A DNA stretch of 63,413 bases, the filler included, from Intoshia linei (Eukaryota; Animalia; Orthonectida), in NCBI GenBank assembly GCA_001642005.1. It is 8 parts of 8 records of this genome, joined end to end, with 100 filler letters (N's around TTAATTAATTAA, not from the genome) between each part and the next. Parts side by side here need not be neighbours in the genome. Positions count along the whole stretch, not along the records: positions 1 to 26,905 come from LWCA01000456.1; positions 27,006 to 31,278 come from LWCA01001958.1; 6 more parts are not named here. One strand, written 5' to 3'. The notes below the pieces were generated by a model. The model did no database searches, was not told the DNA's origin, and worked only from the letters and a program-made list of their open reading frames with translations. Each line of letters opens with the position of its first letter. Position 1 is the stretch's first letter. This document shows, piece after piece, positions 15,401-27,185 of this stretch. The position numbers and the translations under genes were made by a program.

Positions 15401-18400
15401 ACTTAAAAATCAAAAATTAATCTGGTATTACAAGGCATATTATACACTTGCGAAATATATTACGTTTCACTAAAAAATGGTTTGCGAAATCCACATTGAA
15501 AATTACTGTTTTTTTCAATATTACCACTTATTGGTATTATAATAATATATTGCATTACTTTTATCTTCCATACTATCGTCAGCAAATAATGATTTCGTTG
15601 TCGTTTTAAATATAAAACATAATATTTTTATATGATATATATCATAAATTTCATTATAATTGGTATAATCAACGTATTTCCTTAAAAAATCTAAACAAGG
15701 TTGAAAAGCAACTTTAAATAGTTCCATAATATATTCCTTGTTGGTGTTTAATACATCACATAAACTGTATTTTATCCAAAAATCAAGATACTCTTTCCAT
15801 GTGAATGAATTTACATCCTAATTAATAATTATTATTAGTTACTTATATTATAATATAACCACATTTAATAAATTTTATAATGTTTACTAAATAAACGATG
15901 GAGCATCTACTAATAACGGCAGGGCTAGCAGTAGATAAATCATCAACTTCAAATATTAAACGTAAATTATTGTTAATATTTAAACGCTCTCCATTCGGTA
16001 AACATAATATTCTAGATGCATCAAGTAACGTATTTAAATTTTCCATCCATTCTGGATAAATTGGTCCTTAAATAAATAATTAATAATAAATGTTTGACAT
16101 TTACGTCATTTCATTGATGTTGTTTACAAAACAAATCACCAAAATTTAAATGCATATTATCAGTACGGGTAAAAATGGTTTGAAGATATAAAATTCGAAA
16201 AAAATAAATGAATTGACCTTATTTTATCACGGTCTCATTGGTCCACGACTTTTTTACTTTAGAACACACTTTTTCTTGTTTGGTGTCTTAAAATACAGTT
16301 CTTTATATAATCGAAAATTACCATCAAAAATTATGAATTTATTATTTAATAATTCAGTGGAATTGAAACAAGCAAAATTTGATTCTTTGTCTGATTGAAT
16401 GTGGTAGGCTTTAGGAGATGAATTTTGAGACGTTGGAGTAGTGGTTCGAGAATTTTCAATACCAAAGTTTGAACATATATAAGATTTTGAAGAAATGCTA
16501 GACTAAATTTTTAGTAAATATTAAATATTGTTACATTTTCTGATTCGATGCATAAGCGTATCACATTTCCAATAATTCCATCATGCCATTCAGTTGTTGT
16601 ACCATCAAAAAAACCATATAATTCATTAATATCAACACTGCCTGGGTTAAGAACATATGATAGTTTATTAGATTTTTTCAGTTTTTGAGTTATTTTTAAC
16701 ATTACCTCTTCAGGTAAAGAATCGTACGTATAATCATAAATGTTTATGTTAAAAATTCCATTCATTTTTTTCAGTAACTCAACAGTATATTGTAAATTTT
16801 TTACAATATTTGTAATTGTTGATTTCCCACTTAAACTAGGACCAATCAGTATCAATCCGTGATTAATAATTAGTTGGTTATAGTATTGCAAACATTTTTC
16901 TTTCTGTATTATGGATTCATTCAAATGATACAAATTGTAATTAATACTAATTGCCATTTCTAATATAGAATTTTTATTATATTGGACAATACTATTTTCA
17001 CCAAATATATTTTCTATTAAATATTGTAGTTTATCCATGTCCTTCTTTAATAATTTGGACTTGTTAGCCTCAATTATTGCCTGAATAACAATAGTCGATT
17101 CATCCTGTAAAGACAAATTTTGTTTTTTTTTACTTTTAATTAATGATATAATGTGTACGATTAATGCAATAGATCTCAAACTAAAATCATAATGATATTG
17201 TTGAGAAAATTGCTGTTGGGCCAACTCAAACATTTGACTAGTTTTTTTTGATAATATTTTTGCATTGCCAAATCCTTCTGACAATAATAATACTTCTAGA
17301 ATTAACTCATAGTCTGGAACAATCATAGCAATGAATCTAAATTGTGATTTTAAATTATCTGGAAGATTTGCCTTATCACAATAGTTGACTGTATTTAAAG
17401 ATACAAATATAGCAGAGGTTTTGTCTAAATGTACATCTTTACCATTCAAATTAAATCTTTGATAATTAGCAATCTTTGCTAATTTAATTGATTGAATCAT
17501 TTGAGCTGAAGAAGATAGTTCTCTTATACCAAGTCTATTTATTTCATCTAGACAGATCCAAGAACCAGTAGTTATTGTGCCAATCAAATATTTGTTTATT
17601 GTTTCAATATTTATAGAATTGGAACAATTAAAATTTATACATCGCTTTCCAATCATTTTTGCCATGTTTTTAATTGTTTCTGTTTTTCCAGTTCCCGTCG
17701 GGCCGTATGTAGCTACTCCGTAATACATATTAAAAGCTGTTGATATAGTTAATTGAGCCCTATCTGTTAACGGGGTTATAACTAATCTATTCGATGGACC
17801 TATATACTCATATCCATAGCAATATTTAGTATCATTTTGACAAATTACACAATCATTTATCTCCTTTTTCCAGTATATACGTAATCGTTTCAACCATTTA
17901 TAGTCATTTATTGATGAAATTTTAGCACTATTTAAATCATTTATAACATCTCTAAAATACACGTTAACAATCAACAAGCTTTTCAAAGTTATTTTCTGAG
18001 AAATAGTAGTATTTAATGTGTTAATCAAGTTTGAAATTTTAACAATTTGATTCAAAATGACATTAATTCCGTCATTCAGATTATATTTAGTTTCATTTAA
18101 TATTAAAGATTCAATATATGTATTAAAATGTATCTCATTAGAAATAACAACGGCTTGGCTAGGGTTATTTAGAATCCATTCTTTTGCAACATCGGGAGAA
18201 TATGACGTTAAGCATGATTTTATGGACTTTTTAACACTATCGTACATGACTGATTCAAGATATGTCATCCACTGTTCAACACTTCCTCTTATTCTGATGG
18301 GCCTAACTAAATCAAACTTTTCGTTTTCTACAGATACAAATTGAATAATAGATTCATAATTTTGATTTTTTTCCGTATATTTATCAACAATTAATTTATT

Positions 18401-21400
18401 TATATTTGTAAAACATTTCAATAAAAAAGGTTGAATATTTTCGACATTATTAGAATATGATAGCATTGTAATGATATCACTATTACTTAAAAAATAAAAC
18501 CGGGCAAATAAGTTTCGTTTTGATTCAATTATTAAAACAAATGCTTTAATTGTTTTTTCCAAAATAGAGTTAATATTTGATAAAATTTCATACAAATTTA
18601 TTTTAGTGGTTGCATGAATAACATTTTGATTATCTGATATATTTAGCATTATTTCTTGCCAAATTTTTTCACAGTTAAGATATTTTTTCGATTCATTCTT
18701 CAATTGCTTTTGAATGTCGGTAATTTTAAAAATACCAGAAAGATTTATGATATTCCTTTGAGTAACATTCCATTCCTCTACTGTTTTAATTGATAACTTG
18801 ATTTTATACAGCCAATCTGAAACAGAATTTTCAATAGGTTTTACATATTTTGATGATAGTATAATTGATAATGTTATTTTACTTTCTTCTAGCTGTGGAA
18901 GCAAAACATCTTCTAAACCCTGCACAAGCATTAAATTCATATTTGTATTAGTAACTATGTTTAATGTTGTATTTTTCCATAGATTGACGATTACTGTCAA
19001 CATGTTAGTTAAAGATGCTTCATGAGATGCCAATGATGAAATTCTATGTAATTCAACTGCATATGTGGTTACATCCATTTTAATAAATTCTTCAATATTA
19101 ATATTTTTTTTGACATTAAAAGATACCATCATTCGACCAGTTAGCATTTCACCAATATCTTTCCAATGTGAATAGTTTAAATTGGGATTTCGCAAGTCAA
19201 TTATACAGGGTAATAATTTATTAAATTCATTTACATTTTTTTTTAAATTATCCAATAGGCAATTTTTAGGTAAAAACTGTTCCATTATTTCAATTTTTTT
19301 AGACAAATTTTGAACAAACTTTGTTATATCACTTACATTTAATTCATTTAAATAGTCATTATATAATTTGTTACTAAATGTTTTCCATGAAAAATAGCTA
19401 TTCCAAAGTAATTCTCTGAATGCAATATTTTTATCCACAGATGATAATAAAGAGTGAACATTTTTTATTACTTCTGATTCTTGTAAATTTGAATTTATTG
19501 TATATGCTGTTTTTTTATTACCAATGTTTCTTATAATCTTAATTGTTTTGTTATACGATGTATACTTTTCGGATTTTTCTTTTAATTCATTATTTTTAGA
19601 AATTAATTTTTTTACTTCATTGTATACTGCAACAAGATTATTCATATCTGGATTTAATAATTTTTTATTCAATATTTGCGCTTTCAGTTCAATAATTTCA
19701 GATAATATTTGATCAAAATTATTATCGAGGATATTACCAAATTTAATTGCATTTTCTTCTAATTTGGCTTCAGAGTAAATAAGGCTATTCTAAAATAATT
19801 ATTGACGTATTCAAAAATTAAAGCATATCAAAAATACAACTTTTTCAATATTTTTGAAAGTTAAAAATTAAAGACATTTACACCCGTGATTTTTTGGGGT
19901 CGGATTTGTTACGGGATCTTTACAGGAAACTGTATATAGCAGGGTTATCAACATTTTTGGAACTATTTCCCCTAGATTAAAAAAATTGAATTTTTGCAAG
20001 ATTATGTCCCTTTCCTAAAAATATTTATTACGGACTTTTTAATAATTTAATTTAATTAAAAATAAGCCAAAAAAAATTTAATCTAATTTTGACCATTACA
20101 ATAATTGATGCTATATTAAATGTTATATTAAACAGAATTTTAGGTAATTAGAAAACACGTTTTTTCGGGAAATAAATCGCCCCATTATTAAAAAATCGTC
20201 CAGGTTGAGAATCCCTGGTATATAATTATTCAATTACTTATTATACTTTTAATAAAAAAGTATACCTTAAGTTTTCGCATAGTCCTAGCAACTGATTTAA
20301 ATAAAGCTAGTTCAAGGTCATTTACATGAATATTATATTTAAAAATTAATTTATATAAATCATTCACAATTTTTGATTTTTGCTCGTAGACTGACATATC
20401 AGCTGAAATTTCTTTTATATATTCAACATGTTGAATAAATTGATATATAAAGGTAATTTCTATGCTTAATCTATTGTTAGCATCCTAAACTATTTAATTA
20501 TTATAAAAATATTAAAAATTATACATTATTATAAAACAGGGGTGTCAATTATGCGGCCCCAATTATGGAATGTGCGGCCCTTATAATGTGCGTCATAATA
20601 TAAATTTTTATTTTTATAACAATTTTTACACATATTTCTTTTTTTACAATTTTTTCATATATTTTTCATGATTTATTTATTCATGATTACAATTTTAACA
20701 TTATTTGTACACCTATGCCATTATTATTGTTTTTATTTCGTTTTACAAATTGAAATTATTATAAATTAATTAAAACTGTTTTTTTTGCGCGGTCCGCGTA
20801 ATAATTTTTTTCACATTTGGCCCTCCAAGAAAATTGAGTCTGACACCCCTGTTTTAGAATTTAAAACTATAAAATAATAATAATAATTCAATTATTTTAA
20901 AATATATAAATTACACGCAAATCATTGGAAATTTCATTATTTTCTTGTAATGCTATTTTTGGTAGTTTATCGTTGATAAATATTAATATTTTTTCAATCA
21001 AATCACAATATTTTGATTTATATTTTTGTATATTTATTTTATATAATCCTATTATAGATATCGTTTTCATATATTTTATTTGATTCAACTAATTAAACAA
21101 TATGATTTTACATTATAATGTGGCATTAATGCTTATTATATAAAATAAATCGGAACTGGATCCAATTTAACTTCTTTAGACGTTCATTGAAAATGAATTA
21201 AAGTGAAATTTGACAAAATAATAGTGATAAAATATACAAAATAAAATTGGTATTTTTCAGTTTATCCTGGTAAAATTTCAATCTAAAGGTTGGATACCAC
21301 TACCATATACAGTAGAGACAGGTTAAACGGACCGATTTTATCAACTGGTTCATAATGGTTTTAACATTTTTATGCGTGTAACCATAGATATACTAAAAAA

Positions 21401-24400
21401 TCCATTGTTAATAATTTATTTTGATGATAAACATTAAATTAAATTTAAAATTTTTATCAGAAGCGTTTACATAGGCATTCAAAACGTTATGAGCGAAATG
21501 AAACTTATGAAAATTCTTTTTTTAAAATTCATTTTTTATCTACATAGTTATATGCATAGTTATCTACTGCGGTTACATAAGAAATTTATATAAGAAAAAC
21601 GTACATGTAAAGAAAATTTTGAAATTTGAAAAAAAGTGGTCCGTTTTTTTCAATACTATAGTGGCTTGCTTAATATGTCGCTACTGTAACATTAAAATAG
21701 GAAAAATTAATAATCAATAATTTACCAGTGATGTATAATAATTTAATGAATTATTAAATTCAGTGAGATTCCAATGAATGCGATTATTTATAATGTCATC
21801 ATAGTAAAGCAATATTTTACCAATTGGATTTAATTGATCTTTTAATAGCTATATTTAATATACTTCAAATTATATTCATTTTTTATTAAAAATAAATAAT
21901 ATTAAAATAGGGTTGTAAAAAGTGGATTTTTGTCAAAAAGTTTAGTAAATGGGATTTTTATTGATGGGATTGTTAAAAATGGATTTTTCTAAAAAACGTT
22001 GGTAATAGTTATTTTTCTCAAACGGGTTGGTAAAAGTGGATTTTTATTTATGGAGTTGTTAAAAATGGATTTTTCTCAAAAAGGTTAGTAAAAATGTATT
22101 TTTCTCTGAATGGTTAGTAAAATAGGATTTTTATTTATAGCATTGTTAAAAATGGATTTTTGTCAAAAACGTTGGTAAAAGTTTATTGTTCTCAAACGGG
22201 TTGGTAAAAGAGGATTTATCTAAAGAAGGTTGTTAAAAGTCTATTTTTATCAAAAGGGTTGTTAAAAGTGGATTTTGTTTTAAAATATTTGTAAAGTTTA
22301 ATTTTTCGTTCAGATATCGAAAAAAATTAAAATTAGACAAAATTCTTCAATTTAGTCTTAAATAACAAAACGACCAAATCTCAAAAAAACGATAAAATGT
22401 ATATTAAAAATTTACATTAATTGTTGAAGTTTGTAAATTAATAGAATCATCTATAACTATAAATAATTCCTTCAAAATACTATTTTCTTCTTTTTCAAAC
22501 AAAGAAAAAGTATCCGATTTACATTTTGCTATTTTTGATTCATCTATAATTTCCGAATAGTCCTCGGTAAAAATGTTATCCTTATTGAACTTAAAAATGT
22601 TCAAAAAAATAGTATTCATTATTTTCTCATCTGATTCAATCCTTTCATAATTTTCTAATAAAAATAAAATTTAAAAAAAATAATTAAAATTACATACCTT
22701 CGAATATATTGAAATTATTAATAATTTTGGAAACATAGAATTTTACGTCTGAAAATTTGAGTGATGATGTTAAAAAAATCTTGTATTTATTTGTTATTTT
22801 CTCAATATTTATTTCATACATTTCTTTAACATCTTTTATATATGTTGAAAAATATTCAATATTAAAATTATCTCTTTCTTCTATTATCAAATTCAAGTCA
22901 ACCAATATATAAGGAGGTAGTTGAGTATTTTTCAAATTATACATTTGATTGTAGTACTGTATTGTTTTGCAAATAAAATCCATATCAACAATACTTTTTT
23001 CATTTAAAGATAATTCAAATTCGTCAAAATTTTTTTTTTTAATAATTTTATAATTTAATGTTTCTAAAAATAAATTTTTAAGGTTTTTTATACACAAAAT
23101 TTTTATTTCGTGAATGTTTTGTTTAAAGGTGTAATCAATCAATTTTACAAATGGTAAAAATTTCAATAATAACTTTTTCAATCTTGTGATATCGTTATAA
23201 ATTTGTGAGTCTAAATATTTTTATTATTCGAAAATAATGTAAAATTACTAAAATAAAGAAAAATACTCTATTAAAGGGTCACAAAATCTAAAAAAAATCA
23301 AAATTAAATTTTGGTCCTTTGGGTAGTTAAATCTGCAATCCAGATTCTGGATTTAATATTATTTACATATTCATGTGAGATTAAATGCAAAAAATGTTGG
23401 ATAAATTAAATAGTACGAATAAAACAATTTTATTAAAATTTCTTCCACTGCGGTAAATCATCATTTAATTTAATTTAAGATTCAGTTTCATAAAATACCT
23501 TTTTCTTTGAAATGACTGTTTTTCCATGAATTATCTTTAATTACATTATATATTTTTAAACAATTGTCCTTTTTTATTGTGGTCTATTTAGAAAAATTAT
23601 CTTTATAGTTAATAATTCATATTATAATTATAATTATACAATTTTAATAGTTTATTTATTATTATAATAATAATTAGAATTTAATGTGTGATATTGTCCT
23701 TACTTATATAAAACTATTTGTTTGTCTGTCTGAATGTGTGTTATCGTTTATTTCAATAATTAAGAGTCTTAGAATTTTTAAAATTCCACATTTCTATTAC
23801 TATTTTTTACGAAGTGAAAGTAAGATAAATTCCAATCTCAGAAACTCACATCTTACCAGTCAAAAACTCCATTAATCCTTTTTTTTTGGAATATCAAACT
23901 AGTTCTAGAATTGGTAATTTGGCACTTCCAAATACAAAGAGTATACAAAAGTTAACAAAATGAATAACAAATAAACAACTTTTAAAGAGGATTTTAGAAA
24001 TTTTTTTCAGGTCATATTTAAAAAATTTTAAAGAGGATTTTAGGAAATATTTTTACATTAATTTATCGTAGTTATTTTCAAAGAGGTTCTATTTTTTAAA
24101 TTTTATTTGTTCCATCTTATTTACGAAAATATGTGTAGATTTTTAAAAACACCAATTTCTAATACAGTTTTTCGATTATTACATTTTATACAAATTAAAT
24201 TTCATAAATTGAGTCTTTCAGGGTGAAAACCCCAAAATATCGATCCTATTTTTAAAAATAAAACGAGACCTATATTTTTTTTAAATTTACATTCTGATAA
24301 ATATTTTAAAATCATGAACATAATAAATTTCGATTTCAAAAACTTAATCTTCATGGTTAAAACCCAAATTACCCATACCAACTTATCTAAAAGTTATTTA

Positions 24401-26669
24401 ATAATTATTAATAATATTTATCGTTATTTAATAAAATAAAAAAAAATAAATAGCCCTAGAATTTATAAAAAATCACATTTAATACTTCTTTATCCAGTGA
24501 AAATATATAACGTTTCAATGTTAAGTTAAGCTTACATTTTTAACAAAGCAATTTACTGTTTACGCTGTTTTATTATTTTTTTAGGGAAATTATTTCAGTA
24601 TAACAAAAAATTTGACATAATTAAATGGTCCTATAATTTAAAAATAAAAACTTGTTTTGACATGTTTGGAAACAATTACTTTAAAAGATTGCTTATAGTA
24701 ATTAGTGGAATTTTATGTTATTTTTTATTATTTGGTAGAGGTAGAAAGACCGCCCTCAGCAAAGATAGGTGGTGTTTGTACAAAGTACAAAACATCCCAG
24801 CTAGTTATTATATATAATTTTACCATGATTTTTTCAAGGACAATAATTTTGATTTTGTTTATTAAATTTATATAATTTTTTTTAAAATTGGTTTCATTTT
24901 CTTCATTTTTTTTGATAAATACGTTGAAATCATAGTCAAAATCAAATTTTGTAAAAATAAATTCAAATTCTGGATGTATATGATGAGTATGTAAATCACA
25001 TACATTTTTTAAAATGTTGTTAATTTCTGTCAATGTCGTTTTGATTGGTATATTGGAAATAATTAATTTTTCATGTATATTTTGTCTAAATAATTATAAA
25101 TTAAGTTTTTAAATCCATTTGATATATTGTAATTAATGGCATAATAATAATTAAAAACCATAATAACTTTTTGTTAAATTATATATTGTTAATAATACAT
25201 GTTTCGATTTTTTTTATTTTGAATTATAAACATTTTCCATATTTTGAATGCCTTGATTTTAGTATAATTTTTAAAAAAGGATAATTTCTTTAATTGATAA
25301 TATATTGTTCTCTCGTGCAAATATTTTAAAATACTTTTATGGTCAACAATACCACCAACATTATGAATCTAAATTTTCTGTTAAATGTTAAAAATTAAAA
25401 TACAACCGTAATTACGTGATTTGGTGAACCAATTAAATATACTTCACATTTCGATATATCTTTCATGTCGATTATTTTGGGATCATAGTAATTTGTATCG
25501 TCATAATATGTACCAGTTACAGTGGCGTATGTAAAATATGCCTCAGTTAAATTATTAAACCAAGGCTTTTCGTCATTTAACTAAAAATATTTAAAATATG
25601 TTTTTTATTATGATACTGGTTTTATGTTTTTTGTCAATTTAGATTTAATCATTTTATTATAAAAGTGTATGATAATTGAACAAAATTCAGATTCAGTCCC
25701 ATCAATATTAATCAGTTTAGAATTAATTACTTTTGGTGAAATGTTTATGTTTGTGATCCGCTCTATTTAATAAATTTTTAATAAATAAAAAAATTTTGTT
25801 AATTTAAAAAGTGCAGAATAATGGGTTATATTGATACTTATACTAATATAGATATATTGACCCTTATAATATAGAATGGACCTTTTAGCAGGACTAGTCT
25901 ACAGTAATTTACAATAATAAAAAATTCAAAATATTTCGAGCCACACCCATTGGCGAACACTTATCAACTATAATGTACATTTATAATGTATATTTTTCAA
26001 TTTATATTAAATAAAACCGTCATGCTTTATTATTGATGGAAATTTTTTTAATGATTCTATTGGAGGTAGATAATAATCAGGTTTAAATCTAAATGTAAAT
26101 TATTAGTTTGGATCAGTGTTTCTTTAATTTGTTGAAAATTTAAAAATATTTTAAAGAATTAAATAAAATTTTAATGTGTAAAATTGACTTACATTATAGT
26201 AACTCACATTAAAGTATAACATAATAATTCGCATTAATTAGCGAATCGCTACTTCATATTTATTGAAAACAAATATTGTAATTTACAATTTTTAAAAATT
26301 TTCTAGAACGGTCGCTAGAAAATTATGCAGACTAGTGGTTAGGAAACTCTGATTTAGATATAAATAATAAATAACTTGTCATATTTCTAAGATGAAAACT
26401 TTGTAATTTTTATTCAAAAAAATCATGCTCTTTACTAATTCACAAAAACTAATCAATAAATTAATATTGAGTGTAGTTACTACAACTTACCATTTACCTT
26501 TAATAAAAATTTGAATATTTTAAAATTACGTTTTTACAGTTAAATAATCTTCCCATTTTTCACTATTAGTTCCTTTTACTGATTTACACGATTCATTTTT
26601 AAAATGGAGTTTGTTTGCAATATCATTTAATTTACATAATTGAGAATTATATTTTGATTTGTTTTCCAT
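495..26669 (-). CDS. Axonemal (inner-arm type) dynein heavy chain, DNAH6/DNAH14-like. Multi-exon, 3' end beyond the left window edge. The 5' boundary (ATG at 26669) is tentative; exons are well supported from about 25580 downward.
   Basis: The 3255-nt exon 16535-19789 encodes the linker, AAA1 (GPTGTGKT, WICLDEINR) and the AAA2 Walker A (GPSLSGKS, ELYG..EWHDG). Manually spliced exons give FIIFDG/WMENLNTLLD..LCLPNGER, AAA3 GTSGTGKS (~10620-10640), AAA4 GCQSTGKR (~7080-7100), the stalk (2972-3292 CKYLCEWVLAI), IVGDILLSSGYITYLG and AAA5 PLLIDP. The N-terminal exon ~25200-25370 reads LKKLSFFKNYTKIKAFKIWK, typical of the DNAH6/14 N-terminus. Confidence 0.93.
712..1391. mobile_element. Tc1/mariner-type MITE with a long internal foldback
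   Basis: TA|CAGTGTACACTAAAGTGTCTCA ... TGAGACACTTTAGTGTACAC(-)G|TA. Internal inverted arms of ~185 bp (about 840-1026 versus 1083-1272). Confidence 0.8.
3908..4616 (-). mobile_element. hAT (Buster/Charlie) deletion derivative with a transposase C-terminal remnant
   Basis: CAGTGGTTTTCAACC ... GGTTGAAGACCA termini with 8-bp TSD TGTTAGAT on both sides. ORF 4083-4343 (PSTCLCEAEF..IKTK..NRLNV.DDMRLALS) is the hAT dimerisation C-terminus. Confidence 0.9.
5474..5794. mobile_element. hAT (Buster-type) MITE
   Basis: CAGTGGCAC ... GTGGCCACTG termini, perfect TSD ATCTAAAT, subterminal GCGGGCC motifs. Confidence 0.88.
7466..8435 (-). mobile_element. hAT (Buster-type) deletion derivative
   Basis: CAGCGGTTCTCAAC ... 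GTTGAGAACCACTG, perfect TSD TTATAGAT. ORFs 7589-7888 (FPTTWLVEAGFSAV..KKRSKFDV..RG..RLRL) and 7904-8125 are transposase C-terminal fragments. Confidence 0.92.
11167..11757. mobile_element. Mutator-like (GAGG-ended) MITE with inward-pointing TGTCAGT repeats
   Basis: Left (A)GGCTTGTATTTATCGCGTCAGTA, right TACTGACAAATTAAATACTCCTC, flanked by TTATTATA(A) (8-9 bp TSD). Multiple TGTCAGT on the left and ACTGACA on the right. A related end occurs at 27041-27068. Confidence 0.65.
11946..12146. mobile_element. TGT...ACA MITE with 4-bp TSD (Ginger-like)
   Basis: Perfect 33-bp TIR TGTTACAGGCAGTTTGGAAATCCAGGCAATTTG, flanked by CATA on both sides (11942-45, 12147-50). Confidence 0.75.
12695..15087 (+). 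mobile_element. Full-length piggyBac transposon with a disrupted transposase, inside a dynein intron
   Basis: TTAA|CCCTTTCGTGACGAAT ... ATTTGTCACGAAAAGG|TTAA. Subterminal inverted repeat at 12702-12739 and 14927-14957, containing the TGTATCA-N4-TGATACA palindrome. Confidence 0.95.
13185..14876 (+). pseudogene. piggyBac DDD transposase (PGBD-like), frameshifted with stops
   Basis: Fragments carry SVDEQIIRFKGK..KQYLPKKPTKW, CFDNCFNS, VKWYDNRPV, YNQHMG/VDKFD and a C-terminal Cys-rich domain (CKLC..CIK..LCC..CF..YH). Split over five ORFs. Confidence 0.93.
19940..20217. mobile_element. hAT (Buster-type) MITE
   Basis: CAGGGTTATCAAC ... GTTGAGAATCCCTG; TSD GTATATAG/GTATATAA. Confidence 0.8.
20537..20851. 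mobile_element. hAT (Buster-type) MITE
   Basis: CAGGGGTGTCA ... TGACACCCCTG; GCGGCCC subterminal motifs; degenerate TSD TTATAAAA/TTTTAGAA. Confidence 0.82.
21310..21686. mobile_element. Tc1/mariner-pogo type MITE
   Basis: TA|CAGTAGAGACAGGTTAA ... TTAATATGTCGCTACTG|TA, with inner AACGGACC/GGTCCGTT inverted motifs. Confidence 0.75.
21908..22300 (+). repeat. ~30-bp minisatellite (GGTTGGTAAAAGTGGATTTTT-like units)
   Basis: About 13 degenerate tandem units. The same unit occurs inside Helitron copies at 31400-31545 and 54160-54545. Confidence 0.88.
23697..24804 (+). mobile_element. Non-autonomous Helitron (both termini)
   Basis: 5' TCCTTACTTATATAAAA followed by a GT-rich tract; 3' ...GTTTGTACAAAGTACAAAAC...CTAG|T; no TSD. 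Confidence 0.8.
26114..26351. mobile_element. hAT MITE (degenerate)
   Basis: CAGTGTTTCTTTAA ... TTAGGAAACTCTG; TSD GTTTGGAT/ATTTAGAT. Confidence 0.6.
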
Positions 26670-26905
26670 TATAAATATTATATATAAAATGTAGCTTATT
26701 GAGCGTATAAAATTTTTTTTAAATAATATTTTATATTAAAAAATATATGTATCCAAGATAATTCTAACAAACGTAAATTACAAGCATATTAAATTTCAAT
26801 ATGGGTATAATGATGAAACCATTAGTTACAATAATAGACAGTAACAGACAATAACAGAAATCGGCGTTTGAGCTTTTAAACGTGGTACCGCCTTTATAAT
26901 ACTGT

Positions 26906-27005
26906 NNNNNNNNNNNNNNNNNNNNNNNNNNNNNNNNNNNNNNNNNNNNTTAATTAATTAANNNNNNNNNNNNNNNNNNNNNNNNNNNNNNNNNNNNNNN
27001 NNNNN
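26906..27005. other. Artificial scaffold-gap linker, first of seven (others at 31279-31378, 47728-47827, 50934-51033, 56551-56650, 60464-60563, 62083-62182)
   Basis: Each is 100 bp: N-run + TTAATTAATTAA (palindromic, stops in all six frames) + N-run. Confidence 0.97.
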
Positions 27006-27185
27006 ACAAACCATCACCAATACTGACAAATCAATAAGAAAAATACTGACACGATAAATACACGCCTCTGGAAATATCATTTTTTTTGATACACCTTATT
27101 GTGCAAACATTACACATTTCGAAGTAACAAACATACCTAATGTGTGTGTTTTAAGGACTAAACAAATAAGTTTTCATAAAATAAA

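Noticed and set aside
3090-19712. Plus-strand ORFs 3090-3311, 9126-9317, 10725-10922, 18057-18344, 18798-19025 and 19524-19712 (also minus 33560-33784)
   Set aside because: They are antisense shadows of real dynein or VARS exons.
21908-22300. CRISPR-like array
   Set aside because: The units are degenerate and abutting with no unique spacers, there are no cas genes, and the context is a eukaryotic intron.
26491-26497. Possible 7-nt micro-exon (GTAAATG) near the dynein 5' end
   Set aside because: Splice signals flank it, but no downstream exon in a consistent open phase could be established.
26950-26961. Recurring TTAATTAATTAA palindrome as a biological motif
   Set aside because: It is always centred in identical 100-bp N-gaps, so it is an artificial six-frame-stop linker.
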